Source of the DNA: an uncultured Gemmatimonadota bacterium
Lineage (GTDB): Bacteria; Gemmatimonadota; Gemmatimonadetes; Gemmatimonadales; Gemmatimonadaceae
Length of the DNA: 64,000 nucleotides
Direction: 5' to 3'
Assembly: GCA_947085385.1 (NCBI GenBank)
Contig: CAMTWA010000020.1
Coordinates: 29,853 to 93,852 of the forward strand
Position 1 is the stretch's first letter; the number at the start of each line of letters is the position of its first letter. Under the pieces are notes generated by a model. That model saw only the letters and a list, made by a program, of their open reading frames with translations, was not told where the DNA came from and made no database searches. Both the position numbers and the translations under genes were made by a program. This document shows positions 37,858-46,618 of this stretch, piece after piece.

Positions 37858-39129
37858 ATGCGCCACATAGCCCCGTCCCTCTCCCTCTGTTTGCTGCTGG
37901 CCGCCTGCGGGGGCGGTGAGTCGCGCGTCAGCGGTCCCGCCGCGCCGGGGCCGACCACGCCGTCTCCGGGCGGTGAGATCCTTCGCACCACGCTCGTGGT
38001 GACCGTGCGCCCCGAGGCCCCAGACCTGCTGCTCGTGCGCACGCTGGGCTGGCCCGACGCGATTCCCGGCGCCACGGTGGTGTTGCGTCGGGAGGGGGGC
38101 GCGGAGGTGACGGCGCCGAGTAACGCGCAGGGCGTCGCCACCTTTGCCGATCTGGTGGAGGGGAGCTACCAGCTCACGGTGTCGCGCCCCTTCACGCCGA
38201 CGGAGTTGAGTACGCTCTCGCCGGCCGACCGCGACCAGTCGGCGTGGGGGGGCGCGGGGAGCGTGCGCCTCGGCAACGCCGGCGGCGTCTTGCCCGTGGA
38301 AGTGATGGTCGCGGCAGTCCGGCGTGGCTCCCTCGTCTTCTCCGAGATACTGGGCGGGTTCATCACGTTTCAGCCCGATGGCTCGATGTACGACTACAGT
38401 AGTTACCTGGAACTCTTCAACAACAGCGATACCACGATCACGCTCGATGGCCTCCTCTTGGCCTCTACGTTTGGCGCACGCGACAACTATGGTCCGGAGT
38501 ACTGCGCGATCAATCGGGCCTTGTACGCCGATACCGCGGGCGTTTGGGCCGACATCATCTACCAACTACCGGCCCTCGGACGCCGGCTCAAGCCGGGCGA
38601 GATCGTGGTGGTCGCCACCGACGGGATCGACCATCGCCCCTTCGGCACGCGCGATGTCTATGATCTGCGAGGCGCCGACTATGAGGTCTACCTGGGGCCG
38701 GGTGATGTGGACAATCCTGCCGTCCCCAATCTGATCTCCGTGGGCACGACGCAACAGCATTCCGTACACAGCACGCATGGCACTAACTGGGTTGGACTAC
38801 ACAGCGCCATCGTGATTGCTGCGCCGCAGAATGTAGCGGCGCTAGCGCGACGACCGCTGACGACCCAGGTGCGCGACTACTTGTTGCTCCCCCGGGCGAC
38901 GCTGCTCGATGTCTTCACCCACTTTCGAGACGACCCGCGCTTTCCCCCGCTCTGCGCCCCGACCGTCGGCGCGAACCTCGATGCGAGTCCGCTCATCGTG
39001 CCGCCAGGACCGCTGATCGGCACATCGTTTCAGCGGTCGCGTCACCCGGGTACGTCGTATCTAAAGCGCAGCCGCTCGAGTGCGCGCGATTTCTCCATCC
39101 TCAGTGCGACGCCATTTTCCATTCCGTAG
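37858..39129 (+). CDS. LTD-like lipoprotein, paralogue 2
   Basis: Lipobox LLLAAC, 423 aa, same architecture as 34618..35889. Starts 27 nt after the peptide gene. Confidence 0.75.
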   Translation: MRHIAPSLSLCLLLAACGGGESRVSGPAAPGPTTPSPGGEILRTTLVVTVRPEAPDLLLVRTLGWPDAIPGATVVLRREGGAEVTAPSNAQGVATFADLVEGSYQLTVSRPFTPTELSTLSPADRDQSAWGGAGSVRLGNAGGVLPVEVMVAAVRRGSLVFSEILGGFITFQPDGSMYDYSSYLELFNNSDTTITLDGLLLASTFGARDNYGPEYCAINRALYADTAGVWADIIYQLPALGRRLKPGEIVVVATDGIDHRPFGTRDVYDLRGADYEVYLGPGDVDNPAVPNLISVGTTQQHSVHSTHGTNWVGLHSAIVIAAPQNVAALARRPLTTQVRDYLLLPRATLLDVFTHFRDDPRFPPLCAPTVGANLDASPLIVPPGPLIGTSFQRSRHPGTSYLKRSRSSARDFSILSATPFSIP

Positions 39130-39147
39130 CAAGGAGTGCCTCACGGC

Positions 39148-40422
39148 ATGCGCCATATTGTCCCGGGCCTCGCCCTCTGTTTCCTGCTGGCCGCCTGCGG
39201 GAGCGGTGAGTCGCGCGTCAGCGGCCCGGCCGCGCCGGGGCCGACCACGCCGTCTCCGGGCGGTGAGATCCTTCGCACCACGCTCGTCGTGACCGTGCGC
39301 CCCGAGGCCCCAGACCTGCTGCTCGTGCGCACGCTGGGCTGGCCCGACGCGATTCCCGGCGCCACCGTGGTGCTGCGCCGCGAGGGGGGCGCGGAAACGA
39401 CTGCGCAGAGTAACGCGCAGGGCGTTGCGGCCTTCGCCGATCTGATTGAGGGGAGTTACCAGCTTACGGTCGCGCGCGCCTTCACGACCACGGAACTGGG
39501 TACGCTGGATGTTGCAGACCGCGACCTCTCCGCTTGGGGCGGCATACGCAGCGCGAACATAAGCAACGCCGGCGGCGTCTTGCCCGTGGACGTGACAGTC
39601 ACGGCAGCCCGGCGCGGTTCGATGGTCTTCTCCGAGATCCTGAGCGGTGGCTTCATCACGTTCCAGCCAGATGGCACGATGTACAACTACAGCAGCTACC
39701 TGGAGCTGTTCAACAATAGCGATACCACGATCACACTCGACGGCATGCTGCTGGCAGTCACATACGGCGCAACGCGCAACTATGGTCCGGAGTACTGCGC
39801 GATCAATCGGGCCTTGTACGCCGACACCGCGGGAGTGTGGGCCGGCATCATCTACCAGATACCGGCCCTCGGCCGCCGGCTGAAACCTGGCGAGTTCGCC
39901 GTGGTCGCCACGGACGCCATCGACCATCAGCCCTTCGGCACGCGCGACGTCTATGATCTGCGGGGCGCCGACTACGAGGTCTACCTCGGGCCTGGCGATG
40001 TGGACAACCCTTCCGTGCCCAATCTGATCTCCGTGGGTACGACTCAACAGCATTCGGCGTACTCCACGCATGGCACGTACTGGCTTGAAGGGAACGGCGC
40101 CGTGGTGATTGCCATGCCGCAGAATGTGGCGGCGTTGGCACGACGAGCGCTTACGACGCAGGTTCGCGACTACGTGCTGCTCCCTCGGGAGACGCTACTC
40201 GATGTCATTACCGTCTTTGTAGACGACCCGCGCTTTCCCCCGTTCTGCGCCCCGACGGTCGGCGCGAATATAGACGCCGCCCCGTTTGTCATGAACTCCT
40301 TTGTAATGACCAATTCGTCGTTTCAGAGGCAGCGTCACCCGGGCACTTCGTACTTGAAGCGAAGCCGCTCGAGTGCGCGCGATTTCTCCATCCTTCGCGC
40401 TACACCATTCTCCATCCCGTAG
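39148..40422 (+). CDS. LTD-like lipoprotein, paralogue 3
   Basis: Lipobox FLLAAC. Very similar to paralogue 2, in tandem 18 nt downstream. Confidence 0.75.
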   Translation: MRHIVPGLALCFLLAACGSGESRVSGPAAPGPTTPSPGGEILRTTLVVTVRPEAPDLLLVRTLGWPDAIPGATVVLRREGGAETTAQSNAQGVAAFADLIEGSYQLTVARAFTTTELGTLDVADRDLSAWGGIRSANISNAGGVLPVDVTVTAARRGSMVFSEILSGGFITFQPDGTMYNYSSYLELFNNSDTTITLDGMLLAVTYGATRNYGPEYCAINRALYADTAGVWAGIIYQIPALGRRLKPGEFAVVATDAIDHQPFGTRDVYDLRGADYEVYLGPGDVDNPSVPNLISVGTTQQHSAYSTHGTYWLEGNGAVVIAMPQNVAALARRALTTQVRDYVLLPRETLLDVITVFVDDPRFPPFCAPTVGANIDAAPFVMNSFVMTNSSFQRQRHPGTSYLKRSRSSARDFSILRATPFSIP

Positions 40423-40574
40423 TTGGGCGTGCCTCACTTCATGCGGCAGACATTCCCCTTCCGCGGTGGCACGCTTGGTTCACTCAAGCGCCGCGGTTGC
40501 GAGCCGCACTTGGCGGCGCTCTCCCGTTTCGAAATGACCTTTCAAGAACGGAAAGTCAATAGCAATCGCGCCGA

Positions 40575-41168
40575 CTACCTGGACGGCCAAGCGTAGCGTG
40601 TGAGGTCGTCGCTCGTATCAATGTCGCGCCGCACGCCGGTATCGCTCACCGGCACCTCAACCACCCGCGCACCGTACGCGTGCACCACCGCACGCGCACC
40701 GCCGTCGGCCACCGTCATCAGTTCACGCCACGTCTCGCGCGCGAACCAGACGGGATGTCCCCGCTTGCCCTCGTGCACGGGCACGACAATCGGCGCCCCC
40801 GTGCGTTGCGCGGCATCCACGACGGCCAGCGCGCTCGTCGCCTGCGCGAATGGATGGTCCACCGGCCAGACGAGCACACCGCCGACCGACGTGTTGGCGA
40901 GCTGGGCGAGGCCAAGCCGCAGGCTAATGACCTGTTCAGCCGTGGCGCGCGGGTTCACGACGACGCGCGCGCCGTCGGGAACCATGACGCCGGGCGGCGC
41001 TACCACCAGCACCGGGTCGGCGCCGCTGGTGACGCAGTGCTCCACCACTACGTCGAGGAACCGCCGGCCATCGGGCAACAGCGCGTTCACCTTTGGCTCG
41101 CCGAACCGCACGCCGGCGCCGGCCGCCAGGACAATAGCCGCGAACGGATGCTCCTTCTCGGCGCTCAT
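40575..41168 (-). CDS. Nucleotidyltransferase of the MobA/MocA family (molybdenum cofactor cytidylyl/guanylyl-transferase-like)
   Basis: AAIVLAAGAGVRFG..K N-terminal motif. Start overlaps the stop of the FAD-subunit gene. Confidence 0.7.
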   Translation of the reverse strand: MSAEKEHPFAAIVLAAGAGVRFGEPKVNALLPDGRRFLDVVVEHCVTSGADPVLVVAPPGVMVPDGARVVVNPRATAEQVISLRLGLAQLANTSVGGVLVWPVDHPFAQATSALAVVDAAQRTGAPIVVPVHEGKRGHPVWFARETWRELMTVADGGARAVVHAYGARVVEVPVSDTGVRRDIDTSDDLTRYAWPSR

Positions 41169-42136
41169 CGCGGGTCCAGCCGTCGCATCGCGCGTCGCAA
41201 CAACGCCTGCGCCTGCCACACCTTGTAGCCGTTGTGTTCGAGCGGCTTGGCGTCGTGCATGGCGCGTTCGGCCAGCGCGTCAATGCTGTCGTCGTCGAGC
41301 CCGCCGGTGGCTACGTCCTCCTCCACCGACGGGTTCACGCGATACGGCTCCAACGACACGCCGCCAAGCGCCATGCACACCGCGCCGTCGGTGCGGCGGT
41401 GCGCTGCGAGCGATACCGTGGCGAAGTCCCAGGCGCCGCGCTGCATCAGCTTCTCATAGAACTGCTCGCCGCCCGCCGCCGATTCCGGCAAAAGCACCGC
41501 ACTGATGAACTCGCCGGTGGCGAGGGTCACCTCGCTCTCCGCGCGGCGCGCCGCGCCGTCGAACAGCGCTCGCAGCGTGAGCGTGCGCACGCCTGCAGCT
41601 CCGGTGATTTCCACCATGGCCTCGAGGGCCGTGAGCGCGACAAGGGGATCGCTGGGGTGCACCGCGTGGCATGGCCCGGGCGTGAAGAGCGCGTGGTAGT
41701 GATTCTCGCCCTGCTCGGCGAGGCAATCGGTGGCGCCGTTCTTGAAGCAGGGCAGGCCGCCGCGGAAGTACCAGCAGCGTGGGCGCTGGGCCAGGTTGCC
41801 GCCGATGGTGCCCATCGTGCGGAGCTGCGGTGTTCCCACCGCGGCGGCGGCCTGCGCCAGCGCGGCGTAACGCTCGCCTATGCCGGCGTGCAACGCGAGG
41901 TCGGCCAGCCGTACAGCGCACCCGATGCGCGCCGATCCGTCGTCATGCAGCGCGATGTCGCGCGCGCCGGGAAGGCGGCGCAGGTCCACCAGCGTAGCGG
42001 GGCGCAGGATGCCTTCCTTCATCGCGACCAGCAGGTCGGTGCCGCCGCCAAGCGGCGCGGCCGCCGGCGCCGCCAAGGCCCGTACGGCGTCCGCGGCGCT
42101 GTCGGCCGGATGATAGGCGAAGGGCTGCATAGTCAC
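41165..42136 (-). CDS. Xanthine dehydrogenase family FAD-binding subunit (CoxM/XdhB-like)
   Basis: FAYHPADSAADAVRAL...PLGGGTDLLVAMKEG (FAD_binding_5) plus a C-terminal CO_deh_flav_C-like region. Confidence 0.8.
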   Translation of the reverse strand: MTMQPFAYHPADSAADAVRALAAPAAAPLGGGTDLLVAMKEGILRPATLVDLRRLPGARDIALHDDGSARIGCAVRLADLALHAGIGERYAALAQAAAAVGTPQLRTMGTIGGNLAQRPRCWYFRGGLPCFKNGATDCLAEQGENHYHALFTPGPCHAVHPSDPLVALTALEAMVEITGAAGVRTLTLRALFDGAARRAESEVTLATGEFISAVLLPESAAGGEQFYEKLMQRGAWDFATVSLAAHRRTDGAVCMALGGVSLEPYRVNPSVEEDVATGGLDDDSIDALAERAMHDAKPLEHNGYKVWQAQALLRRAMRRLDPR

Positions 42137-42177
42137 AGGCTGTCGAGCGGAAGTGCGCCGAAGGTAGATTCCCCACC

Positions 42178-43335
42178 ATGACCCGGCAATTCCTCAACAA
42201 GCTGTCGGATTGCACGCGCGCTCGCCACTGCGTCGCGCGTTGCATTGCGTGCGTGCTCGTTGTCGCCGCCTGCGGTGGGACCCCGAAGGCGGGATCGTCA
42301 GGGACGGCCTCGGGCGCGACGGGGGCAGAAGGCGCCGAAACATCCACCCTCGACAGCGCGGCCCGGCAGTCGGCCGATTCGGCGGCCGCCATGGCGGCGG
42401 TGCGCGATACCTCGTCGGCGCATCGCCTCTCGCCCTCGGCCGACTCCATTGCGCCGTATCTCGTCTTCACGCCCTTTGGCGATCGCCTGTTCGTGGCGGC
42501 GGTGCGGAACAAGCAATGGATGCTCGACGTCGGCCGCATGGACCTCGACGTGCGCAAGGACAGCGTCAGGATGCGGGCCTTCCGCGAGGCGGCGGCTGTG
42601 CTGAGCCCGCTGGCTCCGCGGTCGGTCTTCCGCCTGTGGTGGGCCAACGGGGCCGAAGACGCCGTGGTTGACTCGTTCGCCGTGTACAATGGACGCATCG
42701 TCATGCGGGTCCTCGGGTCGGCGGCACTCGACAGCGCGGCACACGAACGAGGGACGTTTACCGCGCTCGCCGTGCGTGCGGACAGCGCCGCGGCGCCCGT
42801 GAGCACGGCGTGTGAGTTGCGAGCGGAGCCTGATAGCGCCGCGCAAGCGGCACTGGCGGCGCTGACGCCCGTGGAGCGCCGGGCGCAGGCGGCGGCGCGC
42901 AAGTCTGCCGACAGTGCGTACAATGCGCGCGTGGTTGTGGTGCGCGACTCACTCGAGGCGGCGCTGCGTCTCGAACGCCCGCCCTATGAGCGGCTCCAGC
43001 GGCGCATCAAGGTGGCGTGGAGCCAGGCGCACGGGTGCTTCGGCGTGGCGCGCCGCGCCCTCGTAGTCAGCCTTCGGGCGGGTGATGCGGAGTGGGTGCG
43101 CGAACGGCTGGTGCTCATCGCGCCTGACGGCGCGGTCAGTGCGCTGCGCGTGGACGACCTGCGCTTTCGCGCGCACGACCTGTTATCGGCGTTCGACGTG
43201 GACGGCGACGGGGTGGACGACCTCGCCGCCAAGGGAGCAACCCACCGCGCCGGCGGCACGGTCGTGCTGCGCGTGGACCTGGCGAAGAAGCGTGCCGAAC
43301 GGCTTGCCGCCGGTTTCGTCTGGGAAGTGTTCTAA
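42178..43335 (+). CDS. Hypothetical lipoprotein (one FG-GAP/VCBS-like DVDGDGVDDL motif)
   Basis: Lipobox LVVAAC, high GC3, no recognised catalytic motif. Confidence 0.55.
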   Translation: MTRQFLNKLSDCTRARHCVARCIACVLVVAACGGTPKAGSSGTASGATGAEGAETSTLDSAARQSADSAAAMAAVRDTSSAHRLSPSADSIAPYLVFTPFGDRLFVAAVRNKQWMLDVGRMDLDVRKDSVRMRAFREAAAVLSPLAPRSVFRLWWANGAEDAVVDSFAVYNGRIVMRVLGSAALDSAAHERGTFTALAVRADSAAAPVSTACELRAEPDSAAQAALAALTPVERRAQAAARKSADSAYNARVVVVRDSLEAALRLERPPYERLQRRIKVAWSQAHGCFGVARRALVVSLRAGDAEWVRERLVLIAPDGAVSALRVDDLRFRAHDLLSAFDVDGDGVDDLAAKGATHRAGGTVVLRVDLAKKRAERLAAGFVWEVF

Positions 43336-45413
43336 CGCTCGAGCACCAGCGCCTGGATGAAGAACTCCATCATCCGTTGCGGATTGAGCGCGCTGTGGCC
43401 GATGTCCGGCCCCACCTGCACCTCAAAGCTCTTGCCGGCGCGCTGCAGCGCGCGGATGAGCTGCATGGCGTTGTTGGGGTGCACGTTGTCGTCGGCCGTG
43501 CCGTAGTAGATCATGAGCCGGCCCTTGAGGTTCGCGGCGTACTCCATCGCGCTCCCCTTCTTGTAGCCGGCGTCATTCTCCTGCGGCGTGTACATGTACC
43601 GCTCGGTGTAGATCGTGTCGTAGTGGTGCCAACTCGTCACCGCCGACTGCGCCGACGCGGCAGCAAAGAGGTCGGGGTACCGCAGCAGCGCCAGTGCCGC
43701 GGCGTAGCCGCCGTACGACGTGCCGAAGATGCCGATGCGCTTGGCGTCCACATACGAAAGCGTGCCGAGGTGCCGGGCCGCCGCCGCGAGGTCATCAATC
43801 TCCACCTCGCCGAGCTTCAGGTAGATCGCGTCGAGCGCCTTCTTGCCGAGCCCCGCCGCGCTGCGGGTGTCAAGCGTGACGACGATGAACCCGTACTCCG
43901 TCATCGGAGACGGCGCGGCGAAACGCTCGGTGGCGCCGTTCGTGGCGGGGCCGTTGTACGCCGAAAACAGCACCGGATATTTTTTGGACGGGTCGAAGTT
44001 CGACGGCTTGCTGATCATGCCGACGTGCTTCGTCGCACCGTCACCGGCCACGTACGTGAACTGCTCCACTGGCCTGAGGTCCGCGGCCGTGAATCCCGTG
44101 AGGTCGCTCTCGGCGACCGTCGCCACCACCTTGCCGCTTGCGTCCATGAGACGGGTGACCGGCGCCGTGGCGTGCGTCTGCGCGATGTCGGTGAAGTACT
44201 TGCCGTCGGGTGAGACGCTGACCGTGTGCAGGAAGGCCCGGTCGGTGAGGCGCACGTCCTTCTTGCCGTCGAGCCCCGCGCGGTGCAGCTGCAGCTTCAG
44301 GTAGTTGTCGCCGCTGCGCGCGTAGTACCAGAGCACCTTGGCCTGTTCGTCCACCTTCACGATGCCAGCCACCTCGAAGGCGTGCTGCGTCAGCGGCGCA
44401 ATCAGCTTTCCGGTGAGGTCGTAGAGATAGTAGTTCTTGAACCCGTTGCGCTCCGACTCCCAGATGAAGCGCTTGCCGTCGTCGAGCCAGCGCATCGTGG
44501 GCGAGTTCTCCGTCCAGCTTGGCAGCCACTCCTCGCGCACCACCACGCGGCAGACGCCGCTCACTGGCGCGCACGCGGCCAGCTCCATGATGTTCTGCCG
44601 GCGGTTGGTGCGGCGCATCAGCAGTTCGCTGCCGTCCTTGGTCCACGAGATGCCGTAGACATAGTGCCCCACGGCGGCGTCGGTGAACGGCACGCCGTCG
44701 CGCACCTCCAGCCGCCGCGTCTGCTCGGTGCGGTCGTTGTAGACGTAGACGTCCACGATCGGGTTCGGCGTGCCGGCCTTCGGGTACCCCTCGGTCATCA
44801 ACGAGCCCTGCACCGTGGTCTGGTCGGTCTGCAGGTAGTAGTCCTTCACCGGTTTCTCGTCGAAGCGGTAGTAGGCGAGCTTGCTGCCGTCGGGCGACCA
44901 CCACATGGCAGTGGTCTGGTCGAGTTCCTCGCCGTACACCCAGCTTGCCGTTCCGTACTTGATGCGCTCCTTCTCGCTGCCGTCGGTCGTCAGCTGCTTC
45001 TCGCCCGAGCCATCACGGTTCGCGAGGTAGAGATTGCGGTCCCGGTAGAAGGCCTTCCGCGAAGAGTCCGTTGTCCATGCTTCCGTGGACTGCCGGCCGC
45101 GCGCCGGGCCCATCGGACGCCGCATACCGACCGCGCCGGCCGCGCCGGCCGCGCTGTCCGCAGCATCGCCCACCTGCTTCGTCGCCAGGTTGAAGCGCAG
45201 GCGCTTGCCGTCCCGCACGAAATCGAACGATTTGCCGTCGTCCGCCCACTGCGCGGTGACCGCCCCCGACTTGATGGCTCCCTGGATCTTGGGGAGCATC
45301 TGCATGTAGCGGTCGTAGCCCGGCATCGACTTGAGCCGGTCCTGTGCATAAACCGGAAACGAGGCGAAGACGAGAAGGGCGGAGGCGGCGACGCCGATTC
45401 TGGTGAGGCGCAT
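43332..45413 (-). CDS. Dipeptidyl-peptidase IV family serine peptidase (S9B)
   Basis: Signal peptide, DPP-IV N-terminal beta-propeller region, C-terminal GTSYGGY nucleophile elbow and conserved D/H region. Confidence 0.85.
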   Translation of the reverse strand: MRLTRIGVAASALLVFASFPVYAQDRLKSMPGYDRYMQMLPKIQGAIKSGAVTAQWADDGKSFDFVRDGKRLRFNLATKQVGDAADSAAGAAGAVGMRRPMGPARGRQSTEAWTTDSSRKAFYRDRNLYLANRDGSGEKQLTTDGSEKERIKYGTASWVYGEELDQTTAMWWSPDGSKLAYYRFDEKPVKDYYLQTDQTTVQGSLMTEGYPKAGTPNPIVDVYVYNDRTEQTRRLEVRDGVPFTDAAVGHYVYGISWTKDGSELLMRRTNRRQNIMELAACAPVSGVCRVVVREEWLPSWTENSPTMRWLDDGKRFIWESERNGFKNYYLYDLTGKLIAPLTQHAFEVAGIVKVDEQAKVLWYYARSGDNYLKLQLHRAGLDGKKDVRLTDRAFLHTVSVSPDGKYFTDIAQTHATAPVTRLMDASGKVVATVAESDLTGFTAADLRPVEQFTYVAGDGATKHVGMISKPSNFDPSKKYPVLFSAYNGPATNGATERFAAPSPMTEYGFIVVTLDTRSAAGLGKKALDAIYLKLGEVEIDDLAAAARHLGTLSYVDAKRIGIFGTSYGGYAAALALLRYPDLFAAASAQSAVTSWHHYDTIYTERYMYTPQENDAGYKKGSAMEYAANLKGRLMIYYGTADDNVHPNNAMQLIRALQRAGKSFEVQVGPDIGHSALNPQRMMEFFIQALVLER

Positions 45414-45475
45414 CGAAATGATAGGGCGAATGGTGAATGCAGCGACGGCGCGCCGGAGGGTGCGCGGCGCGCGGC

Positions 45476-46528
45476 TTAGCGCATGGAAACGGGCGGCTTG
45501 AGTGCGGCCGGCGGTACCACTGGCGCTACTGGGAGGGCCGGGGTCGCTGGGGTCGCTGGCGGAACCGTTGCCGGCGCGGATGCCTTGGGCGGTGCAGGCG
45601 GCTTCAGCGTGAAGACGATGAAGTCACCCTGCTTCCGGATCTTCTTGCCATCGGCCGTGTCGAGGTTCTCGACCGGGACGAAGCTCAGCACCGATGTGCG
45701 CGGGCGCGAGAGACGCCGCTCGGCGCGCTCCACGGTGCCCATGCCGAAATCCGAATGGAACGCACCGTCCACATGCACAATCACCGCGTCCGGGAACTTG
45801 GCTCGCGCGGCGGCGATTGCCTCGCCCATCGTCTCGTCCTTCACGCACTGGGCGTCATAGAAGCGGCTGACCATCGCGGCCGCCTCCTCGGCGGAGATTT
45901 TCTGGCCGTGACCGCTCATGTCGCCCATGGACTCCTTGAAGCGCTGGAAGTACTTGTCGCGCGGGCAGTCGAGCTGTGTGGCGACGTAGCTCCGGTCGGT
46001 GGCCGAGAGCGAGTCTACGCCGATCAAGCCCTTTCGGCCGATGAGCGAAGCGATCCGGCGCGGCACGTTACTGGCGATGACCGGCCATCCCTTGGCCTTG
46101 GCGAGCTCGACCAGCGGGCGGTAATCGGTGGCGTACTTCGGCCACGGCCGCGCGGCCTTCAGGAAGTCGGCCTCGTCCACCTTGCCGGCGAGATAGTCGT
46201 CGAGTATCGGCTGCACATCGCGTTCGAACATCTCGAGCGAGAGCACGACCTGCGCGCGGCGTCGCCCGATGCCCTCGAGGGCGGCGCGCTCGAGGCGGTG
46301 CGTTCCCGGGTCGTCGTGCTGCTCGCCCAGGAAGACCAGGTCGCGTTGCGCGATCTCGGCGAGCATGGACTCGAAGTCGGCAAAGCGCTTCTTGCCGGAC
46401 TTGTAGACACGGTGGGGGGTGTACGATGAGACCGAGGCAACATGGCGGGCGAGCGCGGTGTCCGGCGTCGGGGCAGCCTGTGCGACAGGTACTTGTAGTG
46501 AGAAAAGTAAGAAAGATGTTAAAAACAT
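45476..46528 (-). CDS. ChaN family lipoprotein-like (haem-binding uptake / Tiki superfamily) with Pro/Ala-rich C-terminal tail
   Basis: DLVFLGEQHDDPGTHRLE motif. Signal peptide encoded by unusually AT-rich codons. Confidence 0.7.
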   Translation of the reverse strand: MFLTSFLLFSLQVPVAQAAPTPDTALARHVASVSSYTPHRVYKSGKKRFADFESMLAEIAQRDLVFLGEQHDDPGTHRLERAALEGIGRRRAQVVLSLEMFERDVQPILDDYLAGKVDEADFLKAARPWPKYATDYRPLVELAKAKGWPVIASNVPRRIASLIGRKGLIGVDSLSATDRSYVATQLDCPRDKYFQRFKESMGDMSGHGQKISAEEAAAMVSRFYDAQCVKDETMGEAIAAARAKFPDAVIVHVDGAFHSDFGMGTVERAERRLSRPRTSVLSFVPVENLDTADGKKIRKQGDFIVFTLKPPAPPKASAPATVPPATPATPALPVAPVVPPAALKPPVSMR

Positions 46529-46618
46529 TAATAGCGCCAGTTAGTGGTTCACTTCTGCTGTGGCTTGTCTTCTAGTAAAATAAGAATAAGCTATGAAAGG
46601 CAAATAAGCGGAGAGTCC

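Noticed and set aside
37846-40071. Minus-strand ORFs 37846..38565 and 39061..40071, and smaller ones antisense to the LTD-lipoprotein genes
   Set aside because: Shadow ORFs duplicated only because the underlying plus-strand genes are duplicated. No signal, motif or SD.
33600-40450. Mobile element or genomic island explanation for the duplicated locus
   Set aside because: No integrase, transposase, tRNA attachment site or terminal inverted repeats were seen. GC content and codon style look native. Duplication, with inversion of one lipoprotein copy, by recombination seems sufficient.
45448-45472. 8-bp all-GC hairpin after the chaN-like stop as a terminator
   Set aside because: No adjoining U-tract on the relevant strand, and such GC hairpins are common by chance in this composition. 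Not reported as a feature.
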